Below are positions 1 through 12,595 of a stretch of DNA of 64,000 nt, in pieces; position 1 is the stretch's first letter; each line of letters starts with the position of its first letter. Location of the stretch: NCBI RefSeq assembly GCF_963921235.1, contig NC_086109.1, positions 25,918,001-25,982,000 of the forward strand. The letters run 5' to 3'. The notes under the pieces are model-generated. The model did no database searches and was not told the origin of the DNA. It saw only the letters and a list, made by a program, of their open reading frames with translations. Position numbers and translations under genes: made by a program. The DNA comes from Mobula hypostoma (taxonomy: Eukaryota).

Positions 1-850
1 CTCTGCCATAGTTGAATGCATCAGCAAGGGAGATGAGGCTGAGTACAGGGCTACGGTAGGAAACTTTGTCACATGGTGTGAGCAGAATTATCTGCGGCTT
101 AATGTGAAAAAGACTAAGGAGCTGGTGGTAGACCTGAGGAGGGCTAAGGTACCGGTGACCCCTGTTTCCATCCAGGGGGTCAGGGTGGACATGGTGGAGG
201 ATTACAAATACCTGGGGATACGAATTGACAATAAACTGGACTGGTCAAAGAACACTGAGGCTGTCTACAAGAAGAGTTAGAGCCGTCTCTATTTCCTGAG
301 GAGACTGAGGTCCTTTAACATCTGCCTGACGATGCTGAGGATGTTCTACAAGTCTGTGGTGGCCAGTGCTATCATGTTTGCTGTTGTGTGCTGGGGCAGC
401 AGGCTGAGGGTAGCAGACACCAGCAGAATCAACAAACTCATTCGTAAGGCCAGTGATGTTGTGGGGATGGAACTGGACTCTCTGACGGTGGTGTCTGAAA
501 AGAGGATGCTGTCCAAGTTGCATGCCATCTTGGACAATGTCTCCCATCCACTACATAATGTACTGGTTGGGCACAGGAATACATTCAGCCAGAGACTCAT
601 TCCACCGAGATGCAACACAGAGCGTCATAGGAAGTCATTCCTGCCTGTGGCCATCAAACTTTACAACTCCTCCCTTGGAGGGTCAGACACCCTGAGCCAA
701 TGGGCTGGTCCTGGACTTATTTCCTGGCATAATTTACATATTACTATTTAACTATTTATAGTGTTACTACTATTCATTATTTATGGTGCAACGGTAACAA
801 AAACCAGTTTCCTCTGGGATCAATAAAGTATGACTATGACTATGATTATA
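1..850 (+). mobile_element. Rex1/Babar-type non-LTR retrotransposon, 3' part (RT C-terminus, 3' UTR, (TATGAC)n tail)
   Basis: ORF 332-751 MFYKSVVASAIMFAVVCWG...SFLPVAIKLYN; upstream LNVKKTKELVVD; AATAAA then TATGAC repeats ~822-846; near-identical inverted copy at 61965-62945. Confidence 0.85.
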
Positions 851-1684
851 ATTGTCATGTGGTGTGAAGAGTGAGTTTGTAAATCTGACAGAAGCAAAGG
901 ATGTTGGGAACAGCAAGGGTGGAGCACCATGGAGGGGTGTGGGATGGGTGGCAGAGAGGGAGCGCAAAGGGTGGGAGTGGCGCGGATGCAGACACACCCA
1001 GCCCTGAGACACCATGCTAAGTGATTCGACTCCAACCAATTGGTTTATTGATTTACAGAGTGTCTCTCTAGTATTTCCCATTTCCTCCTCTCTTCTCCCC
1101 CTTTTCCCTAGCATGATTCCTCTCTCCCTATCCCCTTCCCACACTCAGACCTCAGTAGGGACCCATATCAGAATCAGGTTTATCATCACTCACATTTGTT
1201 ATGAAATTTGCTTTTTTTTGCAGTAGCAGCAGTATAATGCAATACATAAAATTACTATAGTAATGTACAAAAGTCTTAGACACCCTAGCTATATATATGT
1301 GCCTAAGGCATTTGCACAGCGCAGTATTTTCTCATATGTCTTAATAAACAAGTCAATAATGACTTGGATCTAGTCCTCCAAGACTGAACGCATGCAAGAA
1401 TTCTAAAGGACTTTCATATTGCCTCCTATATCTTACTGTAAAGAAGCTAAGGTTTTTATGGATAAAGAAAATGGAAGAGGACAGCCAATTTAAATGTAGG
1501 GCCTGTAGAGACTGAGGCTGGTAAATTAATAACAGCCACAAAGCAGTGGCAGACACACTCAGTCGCCACCTCATTAGGTACCTTCGTACTCAATAAAGTG
1601 GCCACTGAGTGCATATCCATTGCCTTTTGCCTTTGCAGCCCATCCACTTCAAGTTTCAATGTGCTGTACATTCGGAGATTCTCT

Positions 1685-2808
<1,124 letters not shown>

Positions 2809-3379
2809 CTCTTTTGCACACTAATGTTGTGATGCATGGTTATTTGAGTTACTGTTGCCTTCCAAACCACTCTGACCTCTCTCACTAACATGGCATTTTC
2901 ACCCACAGGACTGCTGCTCACTGGATTTTTTTTTGTTTTTCACACAATTCTCTGTAAACTCTAGAGACTGTTGTGCATGAAAATCCCAGGAATTCAGCAA
3001 TTTCTGAGATACTAAAACCAGCCCGTCTACAGTCAAGGTTGCTTAGATCCTATTTCTTCCCCCATTCTGATGTTTGGTTTGAGCAACAATTGAACCTCTT
3101 GACCATGTCTACATGCTTTTGTACATTGAGTTACTACTACATGATTGGCTGATTAGATATTTGCATTAACGAGCAGGTGTACAGTTGTACCTAATAAAGT
3201 AGCCACTGGGTGTATGTTGAATAATTTTTTTGGAACAGCCTTCATCATGAAATATATTGCTAATAGCCCTAAGATATCAGGTGGGTTAATTTTAAATAGA
3301 AGGTACAGCTTACAAGAATCCTAATTACAAGAAATAAAGTATTGGAGAAATTTTGAGGGGTTGGGGGGAAGGTTATGAT

Positions 3380-4235
3380 TAAAGACAGACAAGTCATCAG
3401 GGCCTGATTGACTACTCATTAGGGTTTTAAAGGAAATAGCTGCAGAGATTGTGCTTAAAGTGTTCATAACTTGCTAAATTAATGAAGGGTACTAGAAGTT
3501 TGGAAAACAATAAATTTACTTCTTGTTCAAAAATAAGAGAATACCAGAAGGCAGAGCGATATACATAGTTTTACAACTATTATTGGCAAAGAAGCAATAG
3601 GTAATAATTCAGAAAAGAGCAATATAATTAAACTTCTTCAATATGGTTTTATATAAGGCAAATCATAGTAGACAAATTTATTATAATTCTTTGTAAATAT
3701 AACAGGGAGAGTTGACATTTGGGAACATTTAGATAAAGTGTATTTAGATTTCCAAAAGGTATTTGAAAGAGTGCCACAAAGCCTATGGCACTGGATGAAG
3801 TGTGTGTCAGAATGGATTAAAAGCTAGCCATCTCATAGAAATCAGAGTTGGAATAAATGGATTCTTGTCAGAGTGGAGGGAGGTAACTAGTGCAATATGG
3901 CAGGGATCAATTCTTGGCCCGCAATTGTTCAGTGATTATATCAATGACCTGGAGGAAAGTATTATATACAAGGTTTCCAAACTTGCAAATGATATGAAAA
4001 TCATTCATATCATAATGATTCACCAGTGAGACTGTGTGTACAGATGGCAGGAATTGTCAGGGGACAGTTGGAAAACAGATGGAAAGACCTGTGGCAATAA
4101 GATTATTGGTATTCTGTAATAGGATATAGAAAGATTGGTTGAGCAAAAGATTGGACAATGCGGATTAATGTGACTAAGTGTGAAGTCGTATTGTTTGGTA
4201 AATCAAAAAGCAGATGATCTGAATAGAGAAAGATT
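3380..4235 (+). mobile_element. Old degenerate CR1 LINE RT fragment
   Basis: VYLDFQKVF, QGSILGPQLF, SKLANDMK RT motifs with stops and frameshifts. Confidence 0.7.
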
Positions 4236-4244
4236 GCAAGTGAG

Positions 4245-4490
4245 GGCAACACGGTAGCATAGTGGTTAGCACAGCACTCACTAGCTATAGGATATAGGGT
4301 TCAGTTCCCGCAGCTGCCTGTAAGGAGCTTGTATGCCCTCCCCATGACTGTGTGGGCCTCCTCCCACTTTCTAGAGATATACGGTTAGGATTAGTGATTA
4401 GCGGCCATGCTAAAATGGTGCTGGAAGTTTGGCAGCACTGATTTGATTTGACGCAAATGATGCATTTCACTGATCTCACCTGCATGAACA
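4245..4490 (+). mobile_element. tRNA-derived SINE
   Basis: A-box-like GGTAGCATAGTGG, B-box-like GGTTCAGTTCC, shared core GGAGCTTGTATG; relatives at ~7092-7370, ~23530-23670, ~42310-42400. Confidence 0.6.
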
Positions 4491-6205
4491 ATTATTCAAC
4501 TCTAATTATGTAAGTTAAGTTAAGATTGGTGTTACTTTTTTAAAAATGTATTCATTCGGAGAATGTCAACATGGCTGGAAGTCATTGGAATGAATTTCTG
4601 AGACAGACTACAGTAATTCTCTTAATCCCAGATTTTCATGCTGGACTGCCAGATTTTCTGGATTATTAGGTGTTAGCATCAAAAAAAAATCCCAGTGAGA
4701 CTGCCAAATTTAAAGGAATGTGGGAAACAGGCCCAGCTAAACTTCAAGGGAACATAAAGAATGAAATGAGGGAAGTTTCACAGGTGTCTGGAAACAAGAC
4801 CACAGTAAATTTAAAGGGAATATGGAAGATGGGGCCCCATTGCATTAAAAGGAGCACAGGATTCAGTACATGTCAAACTAGATTGGGATCTCAGAACAAT
4901 TGACTAGTAAATTATCAGTTTTTTTTTCTGTACTATTGTAGCGGCACAGATTTCTGGGACGTTACAACATAAGGTTTGATAATGTGTGGTGGTAGTTGGA
5001 TGCACAAAATATTTCCACAGATCCACGGCAAAGGTGCTTCTACACTAATTTCAGTGTGAAATGAGAACACATCGCACAATATATTCATACTGCTTCACAA
5101 ACTGTGAAAAGTACCCAGCTCTGTAGATATTTGGACCACATATGTCCTTAAATTTTCATGCAACCCATGATACTAATCCCAAGTTAAGTCTGAAAACGAA
5201 AATCATGTCAGGAAAAGAAATCAAAAATTATTGTTGCTTGCTACACCTTCTACCTATTAACATATTTTTCAAGAATAACTTTCCCTTTGGGCTTTCATTC
5301 CTTGAGTTTTCTGTGAAATATAATTAATCGTTTCATCTCACATTTGCATGAAATTTATTGTTTATTTATTTATTATTATTTGTTCTTCTTTTGCATTTGT
5401 ACTGTTCTGCACTCCGGTTGAACACTCTAGTTGGGCAGTCTTTCATTGATTCTGTTATAGTTATTATTCTATAAATTTGTTAAGTATGCCCACAAGAAAT
5501 TGAATCTCTGGGTTGTATATGGTGATATTTCTGCACTTTGATAATAAAACTTACTTTGAGCTTTGAACTTTGAAATAGGTCACTATTTCTGAGAGAAGCT
5601 TTTTTTTTCATTTGGATATGAAAAGTCAGCATCCATTTGCTAAACCTGGTTGTGACAGTCTGATTTCAACTGGCATTTAATAAGGTTTAATGCGGTTAAA
5701 GTCCATTCTCACTTGAACTGTAATGCCTGACTCAGATGACAAATACATTATTTCAATTAAATTCAAGCAAGCATTTAGTCACCTAATTTTTTTTCAGTCT
5801 AGAAGCAGAGAAACAACCGCAGGGAAGTTGTGCATTATTTAATGCAGACAATTATGAGGTGTTGCACTTTATGATAACAAATAAGGGTAAGACTTACACA
5901 GTGAACGCTAGGGCACTGAGGAGTATGATAGAAAAAGGGGACCTTGGAATACAGACCTGTAATTCCTTGAAAGTGCCACCATAGGTAGATAAGGTTGTAA
6001 AGAGAGTTTTTGGTACGTTGGGGCACCGAGTACAGGAGTTGGGATATTATGTGAATTTGTATAAGACATTGCTGAGGCTGAAATTGGAGTGGTGTGTGCA
6101 GTTCTAGTTACCTACCTACGGAAAAGATATCAAAAAGCTTGAAAGAGTGTGGAGAAGATTTAACAGGATGTTGTCAGGACCTGAGTTATAGGGAAAGGTT
6201 GAATG

Positions 6206-6697
6206 AGTTCAAAGTTTAAAGTTGATTTATTAACAAAATACATATATGTCACCATATACCACCCTGAGATTTATTTTCTTGCAGTCATTCATGGTAGAAC
6301 AAAGAAATACAATAATATCAATGAAAAACTACATACATAGACTGATAAACAACCAATATGCAAAATAAGACAATCTATGCAAATGACAAAAGGTAATAAA
6401 TAAACAAGTAAATAAATAACACTGAAAACAGGAGTTGTAGAATCCTTGAAAGTGAGTCCATAGGTTGTGGAATCAGTTCAGATTTGAGGTGAGTGTAGTT
6501 ATCCACATGGGTTCAGGAGTCTGATGGTTTGAAGGGTTATGAGTGTTTCTGAACCTGGTGCTGTGGGACCTAAGTCTCCTATACTTCCTTCCCAATGGCA
6601 GCAGCAAGAAGAGAGCATGGCCAGGATGATAAGGGTCCTTAATGATGGATGCTGCCTTCTCGTGGTAAAATTCATTGTAGATGTTCTCAGTGGTGGT
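6206..6697 (-). mobile_element. Rex1-type LINE 3' fragment
   Basis: Reverse-strand Rex1-like C-terminus and 3' UTR ending in (TTTGAA)-like tail next to AATAAA. Confidence 0.55.
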
Positions 6698-6824
6698 AGA
6701 TTAAGACTTTCTTCCCTGAAGTATAGGAGAAGGAAGGAAGATCTTGTAGTGGTGAATGTTTGCAGGCATTTTCTCCTGAGGTTGGGTGAAACTGGAATTG
6801 GAGGTCACAGGTTTAGAGTGAGGA

Positions 6825-7675
6825 GAATGAACCGTGAAAGGCTCCCCGACCCATTTCTAACAACTTTCTACCGGAGCACCATCAAGAGTGACCTGCTAGC
6901 TGCATCATTATGTGACATGGAAGCTGCAAGGGAAACTAAAAACAGCTGAGAGGACTGCTGAGGTCTCCTTCCCCGCAAATTGTGATGTTTAGACATTTAC
7001 TGGTAACGTTGTAGATGAAGAGCACAAGGTATTGTTGTGGATCCATTCCACCCATCCCACAATCTTTTTGACACACTGCCATCAGGAAGGAGTGACATAG
7101 TAGCGTAGTGTTTGATATAACGCTTTACAGTACCAGCAACGCATGTTCAATTCCTGCCACTGCCTGTAAGGAGTTTGTACGTTCTTCCCCGTGACCCCAT
7201 AGGTCCTCCAGGTGCTCCAGTTTCCTCCCCACAGTCCAAAGACTTAGGTCGTAGGTTAACTGGTCATTGTAAATTGTCCTGTAATTAGGCTAGGGTTCAA
7301 ATTGGGACTGCTGGGCGATGTAGATAGAGGGGCCAGAACAGCTATTTTACTCTGTATCTCAATCAAAAAATAAGAAAGGAGGAACAGAACCATCAGAACT
7401 AGGACGGCCAGACTAGGTAACAGCTTCTTCCCTCAGGCCATGAGGCTGATCAATACCAATATCTCATTACTAGGACAGCGAGATGATTACTGGTCACAGT
7501 TAACTTGTGCAGCGCACTACATGCATTTTGAATCGCATTTTATTAATTTATTTATAGTAACCTTTTGTTTCATGTGCTGTGTGTGATATGTGTTTTGTGG
7601 GTGCACCGTGGTCTGGGGGAACGTTGTTTCGTTTTCTTGTATATAGTTAAATGAAAATAAACGAGCTTGATCTTG
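6825..7675 (+). mobile_element. Rex1-type LINE 3' fragment containing a tRNA-SINE (~7092-7370)
   Basis: LTTFYRSTIKS ... HPSHNLFDTLPSGR ... NSFFPQAMRL; AATAAA and (CTTGA)n tail near 7657-7675. Confidence 0.65.
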
Positions 7676-8735
7676 AAAGGTGAAATGTTTAAGGGCAACC
7701 CGAGAGGAAACTTCTTCACTCAGAGGGTTTTGTGAGTGTGGAATGAACTGCCAGCAGGAGTGGTAGATACAAGTTCAGTTGTAACATTTAAGGAAGTTCG
7801 GACAGGTACATGAATGAGAGAGATATGGAGGGCTGTGGTTCAGAATCGGAATCAGAATCAGGTTTATTATCACCAACATGTGACATGAAATTTGTTAATT
7901 TAGCAGCAGCAGTTCAATACAGTACATAATATAGAAGAGAAAAAATAAATAAAATTTAAAAAATAATAATAATAAATAAGTAAATCAATTACAGTATACA
8001 TACAGAAACCATAGAAAACCTACAGCACAGAATCAGGCCTTTTGGCCCTTCTTGGCTGTGCCGAACCATTTTCTGCCTAGTCCCACTGACCTGCACGCAG
8101 ACCATATCCTTCCATACACCTCCCATCCATGTATCTGTCCAATTTATTCTTAAATGTTAAAAAAGAACCCGCATTTACCACCTTGTCTGGCAGCTCATTC
8201 CATACTCCCACCACTCTCTGTGTGAAGAAGTGCCCCCCCCAATGTTCCATTTAAACTTTTCCCCCCTCACCCTTAACCCATGTCCTCTGGTTTTTTTCTC
8301 CCCTTGCCTCAGTGGAAAAAGCCTGCTTGCATTCACTCTATCTATACCCATCATAATTTTATATACCTCTATCAAATCTCCCCTCATTCTTCCACGCTCC
8401 AGGGAAAAAAGTCCTAACCTATTCAACCTTTCTCTGTAACTGAGTTTCTCAAGTCCCGGCAACATCCTTGTAAACCTTCTCTGCACTCTTTCAACCTTAT
8501 TAATATCCTTCCTGTAATTTGGTGACCAAAACTGAACGCAATTCTCAAGATTCGGTCTCACCAATGCCTTATACAACCTCATCATAACATTCCAACTCTT
8601 ATACTCAATACTTTGATTAATAAAGGCCAATATACCAAAACAACAGGAATTCTGCAGATGCTGGAAATTCAAGCAACATACATCAAAGTTGCTGGTGAAC
8701 GCAGCAGGCCAAGCAGCATCTATAGGAAGAGGTGC

Positions 8736-8771
8736 AGTCGACGTTTCAGGCCGAGACCCTTCGTCAGGACT
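8736..8771 (-). ncRNA. Minimal hammerhead ribozyme motif (Penelope-type)
   Basis: Reverse complement reads AGTC-CTGACGA-AGG(GTCTCGG)CCT-GAAAC-GTC-GACT. Confidence 0.8.
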
Positions 8772-8865
8772 AACTGAAGGAAGAGTGAGTAAGGGATTTG
8801 AAAGCTGGAGGGGGATACCCCTCCCCCTCCAGCTTTCAAATCCCTTACTCACTCTTCCTTCAGTT

Positions 8866-8901
8866 AGTCCTGACGAAGGGTCTCGGCCTGAAACGTCGAC
8901 T
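8866..8901 (+). ncRNA. Minimal hammerhead ribozyme motif (Penelope-type)
   Basis: Stem I AGTC/GACT, core CTGACGA, stem II AGG/CCT, core GAAA, palindromic ACGT stem III, GUC triplet 8895-8897. Confidence 0.8.
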
Positions 8902-11756
8902 GCACCTCTTCCTATAGATGCTGCTTGGCCTGCTGCGTTCACCAATATACCAAAAGCTCTCTTTACAACCCTATCTACCTGTGATGCCACTTTTAGGGAA
9001 TCTTGTATCCGTATTCCCAGATCCCTCTGTTCTACTGCACTCCTCAGTGCCTTACCATTAATCCTGTATGTTCTACCTTGCTTTGTCCTTCCAAAGTGCA
9101 ATACCTCACACTTGTCTGTATTAAACTCCATTTGCCATTTTTCAGCCCATTTTCCCAGCTGGTCCAAGTCCCTCTGCAAGCTTTGAAAACCTTCCTCACT
9201 GTCCACTACACCTCCAAACTTTGTATCATCAGCAAATTTGCTGATCCAATTTACCACATTATCATCCAGATCATTGATATAGATGACAAATAACAATGGA
9301 CCCAGCACTGATACCTGTGGCACATCACTAGTCACAGGCCTCCACTCTGAGAAGCAATTCTCTACTACCACTCTTTGGCTTCTTGCATTGAGCCAACGTC
9401 TAATCCAATTTACTACCTCTCCATGTATACCTAGTGACTGAATTTTCCTAACTAACCTCCCATATGGGACCTTGTCAAAGGCCTTACTGAAGTCCATGGA
9501 GACCACATCCACTGCCTTCCCTTCATCCACTTTCCTGGGAACCTCCTCGAAAAACTCCAATAGATTGGTCAAACACGACCTACCACGCAAAAAGCCATGT
9601 TGACTCTCCCTAATAAGTCCCTGTCTATCCAAATGCTTGTAGATTCTGTCTCTTAGTACTCCCTCCAATAACTTACCCACTACCGACGTCAAATTTACTG
9701 GCCTATAATTTCCCGGATTACTTTTCGATCCTTTTTTAAACAACGGAACAACATGAGCCATCCTCTAATCCTCTGGCACCTCACCCGTAGACTCCAACAT
9801 TTTAAATATATCTGCCAGGGCCCCTGCAATTTCAACACTAGTCTCCTTCAAGGTCTGAGGGGATACCTTGTCAGGTCCTGGGGATTTATCCACTTTAATT
9901 TGCCTCAAGATAGCAAGCACCTCCTCCTTTTCAATCTGTACAGTTTCCATGATCTCACTACTTGTTTCCCTTAATTCCATAGACTTCATGCCAGTTTCCT
10001 TTGTAAATACAGATGCAAAAAACCCATTTAAGATCTCCCCCATTTCATTTGGTTCCGCACATAGCCGACCACTCTGATCTTCAAGAGGACCAATTTTATC
10101 CCTTACAATTCTTTTGCTCTTAATATACCTGTAAAGCTCTTTGGATTATCCTTCACTTTGACTGCCAAGGCAACCTCATGTTTTCTTTTAGCCCTCCTGA
10201 CTTCCTTCTTAAGTATTTTCTTGCACTTTTTATACTCCTCAAGCACCTTATTTACTCCCTGTTTCCTATACATGTCATATAACTCTCTCCTCTTCTTTAT
10301 CAGAGTTGCAATATCCCTTGAGACCCAAGGTTCCTTATTCCTGTTCACTTTGCCTTTAATCCTGACAGGAACATACAAGCTCTGCACTCTCAAAATATCT
10401 CCTTTGAAATTTACCGATCACATCCTTGCCAGAAAACAACCTGTCTCAATCCACGCTTTTTAGATCCTTTCTCATTTCTTCAAATTTGCCCTTCTTCCAG
10501 TTCAGAACCTCAACCCTAACCTCAACCCTAGGACCAGATCTATCCTTGTCCATGATTAAGTTGAAACTAATGGTGTTATGATCACTGGAACCAAAGTGTT
10601 CCCCTACACACACTGCTGTCACTTGTCCTAACTCGTTTCCTAATAGGAGATCCAATATTGCATCTCCTCTAGTTGTACCTCTATATATTGATTCAGAAAA
10701 TTTTCCTGAACACATTTTACAAACTCTAAACCACCTAGACCCCTAACAGTATGGGAGTCCCAATCAATATGTGGGAAATTAAAATCCCTACCACCACAAC
10801 TTTATGTTTCCTGCAGTTGCCTGCTACCTCTCTGCAGATTTGCTCCTCCAATTCTCGCTGACTATTGGGTGGTCTATAATACAACCCCACTAATGTGGCC
10901 ATACCTTTCCTGTTTCTCAGCTCCACCCATAAGGACTCAGTAGACAAGCCCTCTAATCTGTCCTGTCTGAGCACTGCTGTAACATTTTCCCTAACAAGCA
11001 ATGCTACTCCCCACCTTTCATTCCTCTGCCTCTATCACATCTGAAACATCGGAACCCTGGAATATTAAGCTGCCAGTCCTGCCCCTCCTGTAGCCAAGTT
11101 TCACTAATTGCTATAACATCATAATTCCACGTGTCAATCCACACCCTCAACTCGTCTGCTTTCCCCACAATACTCCGAGCATTGAAATATATACACCTCA
11201 GAAGATTTTTACCACCACTCACAGCCTTTCTATTTGCGGCTTTGCTTGAACTTTTAACATCATTTATTTTCACCCCAGCCCCACTGTCAGCTCTGGCACT
11301 CTGGTTCCCATCCCCCTGCAAATCTAGTTTAAAGCCTCCCCAATAGCACTAACAAACCTCCCTGAAAGGATATTGGTCCCCTTGTAGTTCAAGTGTAACC
11401 CGTCTCTCTTGTACAGGTCCCGCCTGCCCAGAAGAGGTCCCAATGATCCTGAAATCTGAAACCCTGCCCCCTACACCAGTTCCTTAGCCATTTGTTCATC
11501 CTCCAGAGCATCCTATTCTTACCCTCACTGGCACATAGCACAGGTAGCAATCCTGAGATTACCACCCTCGAGGTCCTGCTTTTCAACTTCTTACCAAGCT
11601 CTCTATAGTCACTCTCCAGGACCTCCTCACTCCTCCTTGCTATGTCATTGGTACCAATGTGCACCATGACATCTGGCTGATCACCCTTCCACTTCAGAAT
11701 GTCATGCAAGCGATCAGAGACATCCTTGACTCTGGCACCCGGGAGGCAACAAACCA

Positions 11757-12595
11757 CTTGTCCATTCGTTTCCCGCCCCCCCATCCCTCCCCACTGATCT
11801 CCCTCTTGGCACTTATCCTTGTAAGCGGAACAAGTTCTACACATGCCCTTACACTTCCTCCCTTACCACCATTCAGGGCCCCAGACAGTCCTTCCAGGTG
11901 AGGCATCACTTCACCTGTGAGTCGGCTGGGGTGATATACTACATCCGGTGCTCCCGATGTGGCCTTCTATATATTGGCGAGACCCGACGCAGACTGGGAG
12001 ATCGCTTTGCTGAACACCTATGCTCTGTCCACCAGAGAAAGCAGGATCTCCCAGTGGCCACACATTTTAATTCCACATCCCATTCCCATTCTGACATGTC
12101 TATCCACGGCCTCCTCTATTGTAAAGATGAAGCCACACTCAGGTTGGAGGAACAACACCTTATATTCCGTCTGGGTAGCCTCCAACCTGATGGCATGAAC
12201 ATTAACTTCTCAAACTTCCGCTAATGCCCCACCTCCGCCTCGTACCCCATCCGTTATTTATTTTTATACACACATTCTTTCTCTCACTCTCCTTTTTCTC
12301 CCTCCGTCCCTTGCCCATCCTCTGGTTCCACCCCCCCGGTCTTTCTCCCCGGACCTCCTGTCCCATGATCCTCTCATATCCCCTTTGCCAATCACCTGTC
12401 CAGCTCTTGGCTTCATCAGTCCCCCTCCTGTCTTCTTCTATCATTTTGGATCTCCCCTCCCCCTCCCACTTTCAAATCTCTTACTAATTCTTCCTTCAGT
12501 TAGTCCTGACGAAGGGTCTCGGCCTGAAACATCGACTGTACCTCTTCCTAGAGATGCTGCCTGGCCTGCTGCATTCACCAGTAACTCTGATGTGT
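11757..12595 (+). mobile_element. 5'-truncated Penelope-like element (GIY-YIG domain + 3' repeat) in CR1 ORF1
   Basis: GVIYYIRCSRCGLLYIGETRRRLGDRFAEHL...VATHFN...QPDGMN; 14-bp TSD GAGGCAACAAACCA at 11743-11756 and 12596-12609. Confidence 0.9.
12502..12537 (+). ncRNA. Hammerhead motif variant (GAAACATC; stem III palindrome broken)
   Basis: AGTCCTGACGAAGGGTCTCGGCCTGAAACATCGACT; G>A at a CpG. Confidence 0.65.

Larger units (their letters stand above)
8641..8944. mobile_element. Penelope-derived fold-back insertion (perfect 123-bp inverted arms plus 52-nt tail)
   Basis: Arms 8693-8815 and 8822-8944 are exact reverse complements around a 6-nt loop; duplication CCAATATACCAAAA at 8627-8640 and 8942-8955; sister CR1 at ~25861 lacks the insert. 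Confidence 0.92.

Noticed and set aside
4245..4320. tRNA gene
   Set aside because: A/B-box-like motifs lead into a repeated SINE body; no convincing cloverleaf
8175..9761. 528-aa ORF as a novel functional RT fusion protein
   Set aside because: It is a CR1 fragment with upstream stops plus an in-frame TSD-flanked insert; no evidence of selection or expression
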